Below are positions 1-17,329 of a stretch of 64,000 nt of DNA, piece by piece. Both the position numbers and the translations under genes were made by a program. The notes beneath the pieces were generated by a model. The model searched no databases. It was given only the letters and a program-made list of their open reading frames with translations, and was not told the DNA's origin. This DNA comes from the human T2T-CHM13v2.0 reference genome, Homo sapiens, in assembly GCF_009914755.1 (NCBI RefSeq), contig NC_060933.1. One strand, 5' to 3'. Position 1 is the stretch's first letter, and each line of letters begins with the position of its first letter.

Positions 1-52
1 ACAGGCACAAAAACAATTGCAGTGCTATGCGATTAGAAATCCTAACTCAGTT

Positions 53-348
53 GGCTGAGTGCGGTGGCTTATGCCTGTAATCCCAGCACTTTGGGAGGCC
101 GAGGCGGGTGGATCACCTGAAGTCAGGAGTTTGAGACCAGCCTGGCCAACATAGTGAAACCCTGTCTCTACTAAAAATACAAAAATTAGCTGGGCGTGGT
201 GACAGGTGCTGTAATCCCAGCTACTCAGGAGGCTGAGGCAGGAGAATCACGTGAACCCAGGCAGGGGAGGCTGCAGTGAGCCGAGATCATGCCATTGCAC
301 TACAGACTAGGCAACAGAGCGAGACTCCGTCTCAAAAAAAAAAAAAAA
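53..348 (+). mobile_element. Alu (S-type)
   Basis: Full dimer with poly-A; TSD approximately AGAAwTyCTAACTCAGT. Confidence 0.95.
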
Positions 349-451
349 GAATTCTAACTCAGTCATTCCCTCCCTGGGTGACCTTGAGGATGTCAACTTC
401 TTTCCTGGTGCCTCAGTTTCCCCAAAGCAAAATCAGTCTCCTCACACAGCA

Positions 452-629
452 ATAGTTTGTAAACTTTACATTACATTAGAAGCACCTGGAGGTCTTTGTG
501 AAAACACAGGTTGCTGAGCAACAGTGTCTGGGATTCAGTAGGTCTGAGTTGAGGCCTGAGAATTTGCATTTCAAACAAGCTCCCAGAAGATGCTGATGCT
601 GGTGGGAGGATCACACTTCGAGAACCACT
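452..629. mobile_element. MER5A (hAT-Charlie non-autonomous DNA transposon)
   Basis: GATTCAGTAGGTCTG..GGCCTGAGAATTTGCATTTCAAACAAGCTCCCAG..GATGCTGATGCTG..CACACTTCGAGAACCACT. Confidence 0.8.
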
Positions 630-896
630 CTCATAGGCTGATGGGGAGGACTCTGTGTGCTAAGGTGAGTAAAAGGCCCAGAGGCAGCACCTGCCTGGGT
701 TCTGCTCAGTACGTTTTCTCTAGAAACCACAGACCTACAGGGCACAGTAGGAGCCCACCGGGCTCAGGGAGAAGAGGTCTTCTTAGAGGAGGTGATTTGG
801 CAACAGAAGCCTGAGGGAAGAAGTGGACAGCACAGTTCATCTGGGGGCCAGCCAGCCTTCTGCTGAGGAAGACTGTTTAGCATTTGTCTCTTGAGG

Positions 897-1090
897 CAGT
901 GGCTCTCAACGTCTTTACTGTGAACCCCCGGGAAGAAACATGATTTACATCACGACCCTGAACACACACATGCCTATGTGTTATAACGGAAACATAAAAC
1001 AGGACTTTTCCTGTCTCTGAGATACACTCTAAGACTGTCTGTGTTATTTAGCTTTAAAAATATTGATTGCGCAACTCGGTGAGATTGGCT
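897..1090. mobile_element. hAT-Charlie-like DNA transposon fragment
   Basis: Starts with a CAGTGGCTCTCAAC TIR-like end, followed by AAGAAACATGATTTACATCACGACCC. Confidence 0.45.
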
Positions 1091-1365
1091 AACTTAAATT
1101 CTGGGATAGATGACACACAGGGTGCATCTCAGTCAGATTTAGAGAGGCATTTAAATCAGAATTGGGGCTGGGGGAGCAAGGAGGCAGGGAAGATTTCTTG
1201 TAATAACTAACCCTGTGAGATGCTCACTGTGAGTTGGGCTCAGTTATAAAGTCAAGCTAAGTTCCAGATCAATAGATACACGCACACACACGCACGCACA
1301 TGCATTTGTGCATTTGATTCATTTATTCCTCACACCAACTCTCTGAGATAGAAATTATCATTATA

Positions 1366-1694
<329 letters not shown>

Positions 1695-1966
1695 TTACAG
1701 AGGAAGTTAAGTGACCTGCTCAAGGTCATACAGTCAGTAGGTGGCAGAGTTTTGACTATATAACTTAAGAACCCCAGCCCAGGTTCTGTTCTGTCAGCCA
1801 CTATGGTGCACTGATTCTCTGCTGATAGATTGCAACCCACAGACTAGAAATCTTTCCGTAGAGAATCTACTCATGGCCCGTCTGTTGGGTCAACAAACAT
1901 TTAGAGAGCTTCCAAGTGCCAGAGTCCTCCATGTTGGCCCAGATCTAAATAAATTGATTAATTTCT

Positions 1967-2900
<934 letters not shown>

Positions 2901-3829
2901 TAATTAATTTCTTACTGGAGTACATGCAAATTAGTTAAATTCATTAATTCACTTGGTCACACACTCAACATATAGTCACCAGCGCCTGCTCTGTGGCTGG
3001 CCGTGGGCTGCATCAGCCATACCTGAACTTGACACCCAGAGTTTGAGGATCTAGGCAGGATCAGGGGCCCTCTTTAAGTTTTGCATGTACTGAACTGGCT
3101 GATCCATCTAGATCTTTTCTTTTTCCCCAAAGAAACAGAACACCAGGATCCCCCTACTTGTTTCTCCATCCCTGGAGCTTGGACACATAAAATGCTAGGC
3201 AAGCAGAGATGATGTGTGTGGTGAGTCATTTGAGTGATTGCTTTGGTTGCAGCTACCTCACTGTGTTCTCTGGCCAGAGGAAGCCACCAAGAAACACCTG
3301 TTAGGTGAGTTCTGTGGTCCTGTCTTTGGCCGCCATCCTGCTGACTCCCCACCTCTCTTAGGATGCTCTGCCATGGGCTTTGCTGCCAGGGAGCAGGCAC
3401 TCTAGTCTGACCATGTGGAGAATCCCCTCTGCCAGCGTCTAAGCCAGAGCTTAGCTTGATCCCTTCACGAGACTCCCAAGGTGCAGGCTCAGCAGCCTGA
3501 CTCTCTTCCTCATGGAACTGATTGCCTGGACTTTGACGATGGTTCGAGTGGATCATTCTGAGTTAGTATTCTGCAGCTGTAAAGCCACTTCTCCATGCTT
3601 TAGTCGTTTCTCCCCCGAGTTCCTTATTCTCTGCATGCTGATCTGATTCAGAACACTGGATTTCTTTCTGATGATTGCTTTATGAAGGGTGAAGACTTGG
3701 GCTTTGGGTCAGATAGACCTGGACTTGAATTCTAACTCTACCACCTACTGGCTGTGTGACCTTAATCATGTTAGCCTAGTTTCCTCAACAGAAAATGAAG
3801 ATGAAAGAGTGGGTGTAAAGATCAACAGA

Positions 3830-4110
3830 TGCTAAGGAGACACGATGACTAAATGCAATGCTGCAACCTGGAGTGAATCATGGAAAAGAAAAAGGACATT
3901 GATGAGAAAAGGGACGAAATATGAATGAAGTCTGTAGTTTAGTTACTAGTATCATACCAATATTAATTTCTTAGTTTTGACCAATGTACTTTGCTTATGC
4001 CAGATGTTAACCTTAGGGGAAGCTGGCTGGAAGCTATACAAGAGCTCTCTGTGCTATTTTTCCAATTTTTTTGTAGATCTAAAATTATTTCAAAATGAAA
4101 AGTAAAAATG
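3830..4110 (+). mobile_element. Old L1 (L1MC/MD-like) 3' UTR
   Basis: ACTAAATGCAATG..TTAATTTCTTAGTTTTGACCAATGTAC..AGATGTTAACCTTAGGGGAAGCTGG..TCTAAAATTATTTCAAAAT. Confidence 0.7.
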
Positions 4111-4116
4111 AAATTA

Positions 4117-4467
<351 letters not shown>

Positions 4468-5239
4468 TTAGCTCAATATGTGGACCAAGTATATTCTTAA
4501 AAAATGTGAGTTATTATCATGGTGATGATTATCTCACTTATTCCTCAAAACAACCCTATGAAGTAGGCTCTACGTTGCAGATTTAGAAATGGAAGCACAG
4601 AGAGGTGAAATGCTTACCCAAGCTCACACAGCTAGGAAGTGGCAGCTCCCAGATTCAAACCCAGCTACAATCTAGTTCTGCCAGCCATGCTGTTATCCCT
4701 CTGCCTTCCACTCTGCAGTGCTATCATTATAATAAACGAGGATAAGTCATGAGGGGGAGAGGGGCAGCAGGGTTTGAAACAAATAGAGTTTAGACCCAGA
4801 AAGACCTGGGTTCAAGAGCTACCTCTGCTGTGAATCGTGGGCAAGTTCTCTAACCTCTCTGAGCCCCAGATCCTTCATCATCATCAACATAGAAATCAAC
4901 TCTTAGGTATAACTGAGATGGTAGAAAAGGGGCCGATACACAGAAGGATCTCAGTTAATACTAGTTCCTGTTCCAGCAGTGTATTTGATCACCTCATTTG
5001 CACAGCTCAGGGAAATGAAGAGGGGTTCTCACCTGGCTATCAGACCCTGCCACTTACTCACAGCCTTGGGCAAGTGGCTTCACATCTCTGAGTGCCGGAT
5101 TGCTCAAATATAAACTGAAGATAAAAGTCCCTGCTTCAGAGCATTGTTGAGGGCATTAAGGAATCTATCTGAAAAGCCCTCCGTACAATCCCTGACACTG
5201 TACTGCTAAGTGCTCAGTGAATGGCAGACACCATTTGAC

Positions 5240-5628
5240 ACCACACCTATTTCTGAATCTCCCTCCTCCTAGGCTCACAGTAGGGTGTCCTTCTTGGCCC
5301 CCAGGTGGTTGGGAGGAGTCATGTGTCATGTTCTGGCCCATGAATTGTAAGCAAAAAGTGACATGTATCACTTCCAAGCCAGAGCACATAATTATCACTG
5401 GGAAGCCATCCAAATTCCTCTTTCCCACTGGACACAGTGATCAGAAACAAGATGGTGGCTGTTCCCTCAGTCTGGGCGCCTGCATGACCACAGTGAAAAG
5501 CATCTCTTCATTAACTCGTGATGGACCTGGAACAGGAGTGAGAAGTCAACATTTTTATGTGTTAAGCCACTGAAGTTATAGGTTGCTTATTGTTAGAGCA
5601 AAACCTTGCTTATGCTGACCCATATAAC
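5240..5628 (+). mobile_element. Old MLT1-type LTR
   Basis: Contains TTCTGGCCCATGAATTGTAAGCAAAAAGTGACATGTATCACTTCC and TGTTAAGCCACTGA motifs. Confidence 0.6.
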
Positions 5629-7119
5629 AGTTATATTTAATAACTACTATCGTTTTTACTTCCTAGAACTCTAAAAAGGAGGTAAGAAAGTAACACGTTT
5701 TATCATCTCAACAAGCCTGTGGTTCATCTCCGTTTTACAAATGCAGACATGACGTCAAAGACACTTGTCCAAGGTCACACAGCTGGAAAGAAACTGGGTC
5801 TGGACTTCAACCTGGCTTCAGTTCTTCAAATCTGCCTATTTATAGCAGAGTTTCTTGCCACAAGCTGTACCATTCAAGATGAAGTAGGTTGGAAACTTGG
5901 ACCCTTGAGAGATTTCTGGGAAGGGAACTGTGGTAAAGAGAGGTGATGACAAGGTTGAACTTTACTTTGTTCTCTTTCCATCTCTGCCTCTCACATCTTG
6001 CATTGCTCTTTCATAATTTTAATATCTGAAACCTCACACCGACCATGGAAGTGATGTGAATGTTTTCAGAAAACATGTGCTGGACATATGATTTCAGTTT
6101 AAACTCGGGTGCTTTGTAATATCCTTATTTTTTCAACCAGGCAGATGCTTCTCCGCCCTGCAGCTCCACTGGGTGTTGTGTCTTCACTGTGAGTTTATTT
6201 TATCCAAAGCCTCTTACTCTTTCCATGGCCCCAGATAAATTAATCACCTCTGCAAACTTTATCTGTGAAGTGGGTTCATAAAACCTACCTCCCATGTCTA
6301 ACGTGAAAGATGGGCATCGGTGAAAAGCATTTTGCAATTTCTGTGGAGCACCGTACATGGGTTGGGGATTATCTAGCACATTACTTATTTATTCAACAGC
6401 AAACATTTATTGAGCACCTCCTGTATGTTGTACTGGGGGGGCTAAAGATAAGAAATGAATGAGATTCTGTGCATGTCCTCAAGGAGGCAGTGTGTTGTCA
6501 TCGTTAAGAGTACAGGTGGTGGAGTCGGAAAAACCTGGGTTCCATTTCTTACTCTAGCACTGCTCTTGCCCTGAGTCTTTTTCCTTCAACTGCAAAATGG
6601 TGACAATGTTAATATTTACTTAAAGCACTGCTATAAAGTTCAAATGAGATGATGCATGGAAGTGTAGTTTCTGATGGGTGGTGAACATCAAATAGGGCCA
6701 TTGTAATTAATCTATGTTTGAGGACATAGTAGGAGCTCTATGAATGTTTGTGAAGGAAAAAATGGAAGGTTGCAAATGAATGAGCAAAAGTCTTGGCTTC
6801 CATTGAGGGATCTGGCCAAGCTGACCTTGAAATGAGCCAAGGTGAGGCCCCTGGGCGTAGACCCAAAGGCTCTGCAGCCTTGAGCCTCTCCAACTGTTGA
6901 AGTACAACTCAGGTTTCAGGGGTACCTGAAGCTTCCAGGATGTTTTCGGCCCCACCTAATGTGTAAGAAAACACACTGTAGACAGCATTCCCCATTTGGG
7001 CAAGCAAGTGTTAACATCACCAGGAAATGAGAAGCAAACATAGAAGATGCCAATGTCATGCAGAAATGTAGGGTTAAACAACTCCATGGCGTGAGAGCTC
7101 CACCTTCCAGCTCCTGTTA

Positions 7120-7470
<351 letters not shown>

Positions 7471-8732
7471 CAAGCTTCTATCCAGGGGGGATGCCACATG
7501 TGGGTGACCAGGGATTTGGGGGCAGGCAGATCCAGGTTTGAATCCTGGCACACTACTTTCCTTCTGAAAGATCATGGCAGGACACGCCAGCCCTCTGAGG
7601 CTTGGACTCCTTTGTCAAGTGACAATGATACCACCTCTTTCACTGGGTTTGGTCGTGTTATTATTGATAGCTAACATTTATTGAGTACTTTTAATGGGCA
7701 TTTCCTGCATCCACTCAACTAATCCTGACAGTAACCCTGACAGGGGTTATGATTATCCTTGGTTGACAGATTGGGAAACTGAGGCTCAAAGAAGTTACAT
7801 AACTTGCCTATAGCCAGAGAGCGGCTCAGCTGGCATCTGAATTCAGGTCCGTCTGACACTAACGCTAATACTTTCTCCATTAAACACACTTAGCTCATAC
7901 TTCTTCCACTTTGAATATCTCTAAATCTGAGAAGATATGGGGGGAAGAAACCCAATTTTTTAAACCAATTTGAATAATTAAATTTGGCAGCAAAAAGCTC
8001 AGTACCGGAAGTACATTCACCATGCCGTTGCTGAATCTGTTTAATGTGTTTTAAACCAGCTTAGCTCCGTGAGTTAGGAAATGGAGCTAGTGTTTAAATT
8101 TTAAAACTAGCAATGAGGAGTCCATCTCTGTGGTGTTAGACGAAGTCTGCACTAAATCTTTGCTTCCCATAAGAGTTGTGGTGAGGTCACCCTCACCTCT
8201 GAACTCATCTGGGGCCCTTGGAAGACAAGAACATCCAGAGAGAAGACACGAAGGCAGAAAAGACTTCGCGTCTCAAGCCATTTATTTCCATAACAAGCAT
8301 GTTTCATCTTCAAAGCCCTCTACAAGCCATCATTAATCTTCACAACACCTTAGTGAGCTGGGTGCATATCATTACCTGGGTTTTATAGGCCCAGGTGGCC
8401 CAGGGGAGGCCTTTGGACAGTGAGTGACTCGTGGATACCAGCCTCAAGAGGAACGATTAGGCCACCCCACCTCAGCCTGGCAGGCCCATTCCTGCATTGC
8501 CCAATTCCACTCAATCTCTATAGATGTTTCCTGATGTGAAAGAAGATGGGTAGGAAGGGGAAGAGGCAGAACTGGGAACGCACGCAAAATGTAAAGAAAG
8601 CCTGGTGTTAGTGCCACTTAATGCATTTGATTTTACTGGAATTATGAATTAAGTTTATTTAAATAACTATTAATAATAACTCATATTTACATACACATAT
8701 TTAGATTTTCAAGGCCCTTTTACGTGTGGTAA

Positions 8733-9459
<727 letters not shown>

Positions 9460-9788
9460 CTCCCCTTTCTTTTAACAGATGACAGAACAGAGGTTTAAGG
9501 TCACACAGTGAGCAGGTGATGGAAGCTGAACTCAATTCCAGGTTCAGTTGATTGTGAAGTTTGTGTTCTAGCCAAGTAAAAAGATGTTCACTGCAATATT
9601 ATTTAAAATGACCAAGTGTATCCATTGGTAGGGACATGGATAAATGAAACGTGGGAAAGGCATGAGATGAAATATTGTACCAGTCAAAGGGAATGACTTA
9701 CATCTACTGAGAGATAATGCCAAAGGCCAAAAGTGGAATTAGATGAATAACATGGTCTTACTTCCACAGATTTTAAAATGCATACTCA

Positions 9789-10522
<734 letters not shown>

Positions 10523-11305
10523 TTATGAATTAAGAGCAGGAGACCATTAATTTGGTGCGGGGATGGGGGGCTCATGCTAGATGAAGACAGTGAGGCGCCA
10601 CGAACCTGGCTGGCGGACTCAATTCGTGTATGCGCCTTCCCAGGGCCCCTCTAAAACTAATAACAACACAAAGCACACACATCCTTTGCTCTTTTACAGG
10701 CTACATTCTCTCCCTTCAATCTCAGTGTTGAAATTGCCTGTCGAACTTGAACCAGCCAAAAAATCTAAACGAAAAACAGGAACAAAAAGAGCAAAATTTG
10801 AAACCAACTTGAGAAGTGAACAGTGTCTGTTTGGGCTGCACGTGGGTGCTGTCAAGTGTGCATGACAGACGTCGTGGAGCAGAGACCGGGAGCAGCTGAG
10901 CTGTGAGCCCTTCCGTGGCCTGGCCTGCCTCGTGGACCAGGTCAGCCACGATGCCTTAGAGGCCGCAAGGCAGTGGTGGAAATCGTGGTTGGAGGTTGCC
11001 CACAGAACCTTGCTTCCCGACTTCTCAAAGCCACACTTGCCTGCTTCTTTGTTGGTTTCCTGCCATGACATGATCGATTACAGATACATTTTTCTAGAAG
11101 TTGAGTTGTGCCAGGCAAACTATGCCAAAGCAGCCTCATTTCCATGTGTGGTCTGGGTGGATTGGGGGAGGCTGTAGGCAGAGCAATGCTGGATTTCAGC
11201 AAGGCACTTACAGGAGCATCTCTTGTTTAAGGTCTCCCTAAAACACGAATCTGACCTGGTCCTCCCCTTGCTAAAACCAACAGCTTCATCTTGCCTGCCA
11301 GATAA

Positions 11306-11761
<456 letters not shown>

Positions 11762-12372
11762 TGAGTTCTGCATAGGCTGCCACTGCCAGCCAGAATGCCC
11801 TTCCTTGCCTTGGTCCCACAGTTAATCTTTACTCAGCTTCCAGACTCAGCTGAACTGTCACCTCCCCATGAAACTTCCCAGATCTTTCCCCTTCTTCTGC
11901 CCCACCCAATCAGGAAGAACTGACACATGGACTGAATAAGTTATGACATGCAAAGTGCTTAGGACAGTAGCTTGGGGTTAGATGTGGCTTGAAAGTCAGA
12001 ATTTTTCAGATTTTATAAAAGATAGAAAGTTCATATACCATATATTGTGAAAGAGCTTGAGCAGACTATGGAGCACGTCTCCATAACAAAGCTCATTAAC
12101 GCTCCTGCAGGAAATGCATGAACAGTCGCACACTAGATGAAGACTATAAATAGTTTCAGTCAGGTCAGGGAGGGGTTTGCCACTGAATTTGTGAAAGAAA
12201 ATGTTGGTGTTGTTTTCCAGGGCATTTAGAATTTTGGAATTGTGGGCCCATAGTATTAATATTATTAAGTCCATCCTTTGTTCTACTAATGTAAAAATAA
12301 TTCTTAGGACTAATGCAAGCACTTAACATTCACTAAGCGTTATGCAAAGCAATTGACATGAATGATCTCATC

Positions 12373-12680
12373 CTTTCTTTTTCTTTTTTTTTTTTAAGAC
12401 AGGATCTTGCTCTGTCACCCAGACTGGAGTGCAGTGGAACGGATGATCATGGCTCACTGTAGCCTCGACCTCCTGGGCTCAAGCAATGCTCCTGCCTCAG
12501 CCCTCCGGAGTAGCTGGGACTACAGGTGCACCCCACCACATCTGACTAACTTTTGTATTTTCTATAGAGCTGGTTTCACCATGTTGCCCAGGCTGGTCTC
12601 AAACTCCTGGGCTCAAGAGATATGCCCATCGTGGACTCCCAAAGTGCTGGGATTACAGGCGTGAGGCACCGCACCCGGCC
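12373..12680 (-). mobile_element. AluJ-like
   Basis: TSD TGATCTCAT. Confidence 0.9.
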
Positions 12681-13289
12681 TCTGATCTCATTCTTATGCC
12701 ATCGTGAGGTGCAAAGCGATAACCTGCCTAAGTAAGTGGGAGACATGGGACTTAAACTCACAGCTTTTCTGATGCCAAAGTCCACACTTGTAGCCACAAC
12801 CCTATACTGCAGTCCCTCACTGCGCTTTATACATCCGGGCACTTATCTCCTTTGGCTGTGATTCATTCTTTATGAGTTTGTCTCCCCAACTTGGTGGTGA
12901 GCTCCTCAACTGTGGGGACCCGAGCTGATCCATCTCTACCTGTGAATGAATCAATGAAGTTCACTTGCACAGGATGGTGAATCGTTGCATGGTTAAGAGG
13001 ACTGTCACGGCCGTGCATCACGTGTTAATGAGTAGACTGATACCAACACATGTTCATGCACCAACATTAATTGCACAGCTGCCTGCTAAGCACCCTAAAG
13101 GCAGGCAGAGAAATCAAGCCAGATTCCCTGTCCTCAAGGGGTCTACGGTCTAGGAGGAGAGATAGTAGACATCTCCATACCACAGTAACATGAGGCTAAG
13201 GTAAGCAAAAGAACTAGCTACATAATGCTTGGAAACTGAAGAGAAGTGAGCCAATCCTTCAGGGGATCACAGAAGGTTTCCTAGATACA

Positions 13290-13620
13290 GGCATTTGTTC
13301 TTGCTATAGAATACCATCCCAACATGTAGTGGCTTAAAATAACAAGTTCTTTAACTCCTGAATCTCCAGGTTAGCTAGGCAGTTCTGCTGACCCAGGCCA
13401 GGCTTGGCTGATCTTTCCTGGGTTCACTCAGGCATCCATGGTCAGTTCATGGATGGGCTGGGGCTGGCTGGTCTAGGATGGCCTTGGCTGGACAACTCAG
13501 CAGTCCTCCACAGGTTTCTCCTCCAGTGGGCTAGTCCCAACTATGCACATGGCAGAAGCAGGGGAGGAGGAAACAACAGAGACTAAAGAACTATGCAGAG
13601 CTCCTTGAGGCCCAAATTCC
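13290..13620 (-). mobile_element. Old MLT1 (F/G-like) LTR fragment
   Basis: Pattern AGTGGCTTAAAATAACAA...GCAGTTCTGCTG...GGTCTAGGATGGCCT. Confidence 0.55.
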
Positions 13621-13957
13621 TTCCTTGGGCCAATTGGGAGGACTAACTGAGCTGATGTAGGAAGGGTGTCAGGCACAGACAGAATCAACTCTCAGTGGGC
13701 ATAAGGGTCACTGTGAGCCCCTGGCAATGAGGTTAGGTTTTTTTTCTTTTTTGGAGAAATATAACAAGTGTATGGATTAGAAGATTCAATATTATATCAA
13801 TTTTCTCCAAATTAATCATCTATCGACTCAATAGAATCATGATACAAATATAATAGTTTAAGTTGTTGCTGAACTTGGCAAAGTGATTCTAAAGTTTATA
13901 AGGAACTGGAAAGGTCCAAGAAAGTTGAGACCCCCTTTTTAAAAAAAATTGTGATAA

Positions 13958-15830
<1,873 letters not shown>

Positions 15831-15868
15831 TCATTGAAGTGTCACTTACCTACAGAAAAATGTGCAAA

Positions 15869-15993
15869 TGTATTTTTAGTAGAGACGGGGTTTCCCCATG
15901 TTGGCCAGGCTGGTCTTGAACTGACCTCAGGTTATCCACCAACCTCGGCCTCCCAAAGTGCTGGGATTACAAGTGTGAGACACTATGCCCGGC
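15869..15993 (-). mobile_element. Alu left-arm fragment
   Basis: TGTATTTTTAGTAGAGACGGGG...GCCCGGCC. Confidence 0.85.
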
Positions 15994-17329
15994 CCAATGT
16001 TTCACTGTTTTATCTTCTAGATCTGAGTAAATTATCTTCCCCTGTGAATTTGCTGACACCCCCTGAGCCCAGCCCCACTCTTTCTCATATGCAAAGCACT
16101 GCGATGCCCATCACCTTTCTTCCTTATGTTGTGCAGCTGGTGAGGAAGAAAGTCCATCTTCCTCTCAGAACTCAGGATTGTAGGCAAAGTGAGCGGGGAG
16201 GTACTGGCTGCACGTGCAGCCCATTCGGGGCTGGGATCCTCTCAAGGGAGAGCCCAAGGCTGGTGTTCCTCAAAGGCACACCCCATCCCCACTCCAACAT
16301 GGCTTATCCAAGGGAGTGGTCAGGGCTCCTCCTAGGGTGTGCAGGGCCCACATAGATGCAAGTCTTGAAGCTCCTCAGGGCATTTGGTTAAGGGGATAAA
16401 TGGATGTTAAAGTCCACGAAGATCAAGCCTGAGTTCAGGGTGCCCCACCTAGATGGCACAGGCAGCCTGGCCAGTCCCAGCCATGGGAGGGGGCTTAGGA
16501 AATTTCCAGGCACTCCAAAGCATGGGGCTCCACTGAGGAGCAGGGTCTAAGGGTGGTTCTGGCTATGGTCGTCCCAGGGTGTGATCAGGGTATCAGGGTG
16601 CTCTGCGAGGCCTTCCCTGATCAAGCCTCACACTCCAGTTTCCTGTCTCATCTCCTTCTCCTGCTCTCCTTCCTGTAGGTTCTGTGTTACCTGCAAGTCC
16701 CACTGTCTGGCTGAATTCTCAGTCTATCGGCTTTCTAGCTTATAGCTGTGCTGCATAAAGTCACAGCCTCATTTCCATTCCTCCTCTGGATGAATGGTAC
16801 CTCCTCTCCTCCCCTCCCCTTCCCTCCCTTCCCCTCTACTCCTCTCCCCTCCCTCTCCATCCCCATCTCACGTTCTTCTCGTGACTCCTCTCTCTTTCAT
16901 TCTCCCTCCCCCTCTTTCACCTTCCTTCTTTCCTCCCTCATTCATCTCTCTTCTTTTCCCTCTATTCTCCTCCCTTTCTGCCCCACCGGATGCATGCACA
17001 CACATGCCCGTGAACCTGTAACTAACATACTTATACACACCCTTTGAGTCCTGAAGCCCCCAGAGCCCTCTCGGCTCAGTCCCTCTCCCAGGCAGTCAGG
17101 GGGACGTGCAGACCATATGTGGTGCCAGGAATAAGCAGGAGCCAGGCGGATGTGGCGTGGCAGCCTGGTAACCATTCGTTTCCACCTGGTCCTCATGCTG
17201 CTAACATGTTGGAGCATCTCAACGCTTTAACCCTCTTGCTGCCAGCTGCACAGTCCTGAAGGAAGAGATGGGAGGAGAAGAGTAAGGGAGAGGCTTTGGG
17301 GTCCCATTGTTTGTTCATCCAGTCACTCA

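Noticed and set aside
7860-8110. AT-rich block as a possible enhancer (also 11990-12250)
   Set aside because: It looks more like a decayed DNA-transposon fragment (Tigger/MER-type). I cannot assign the family by eye, so it is not called either way.
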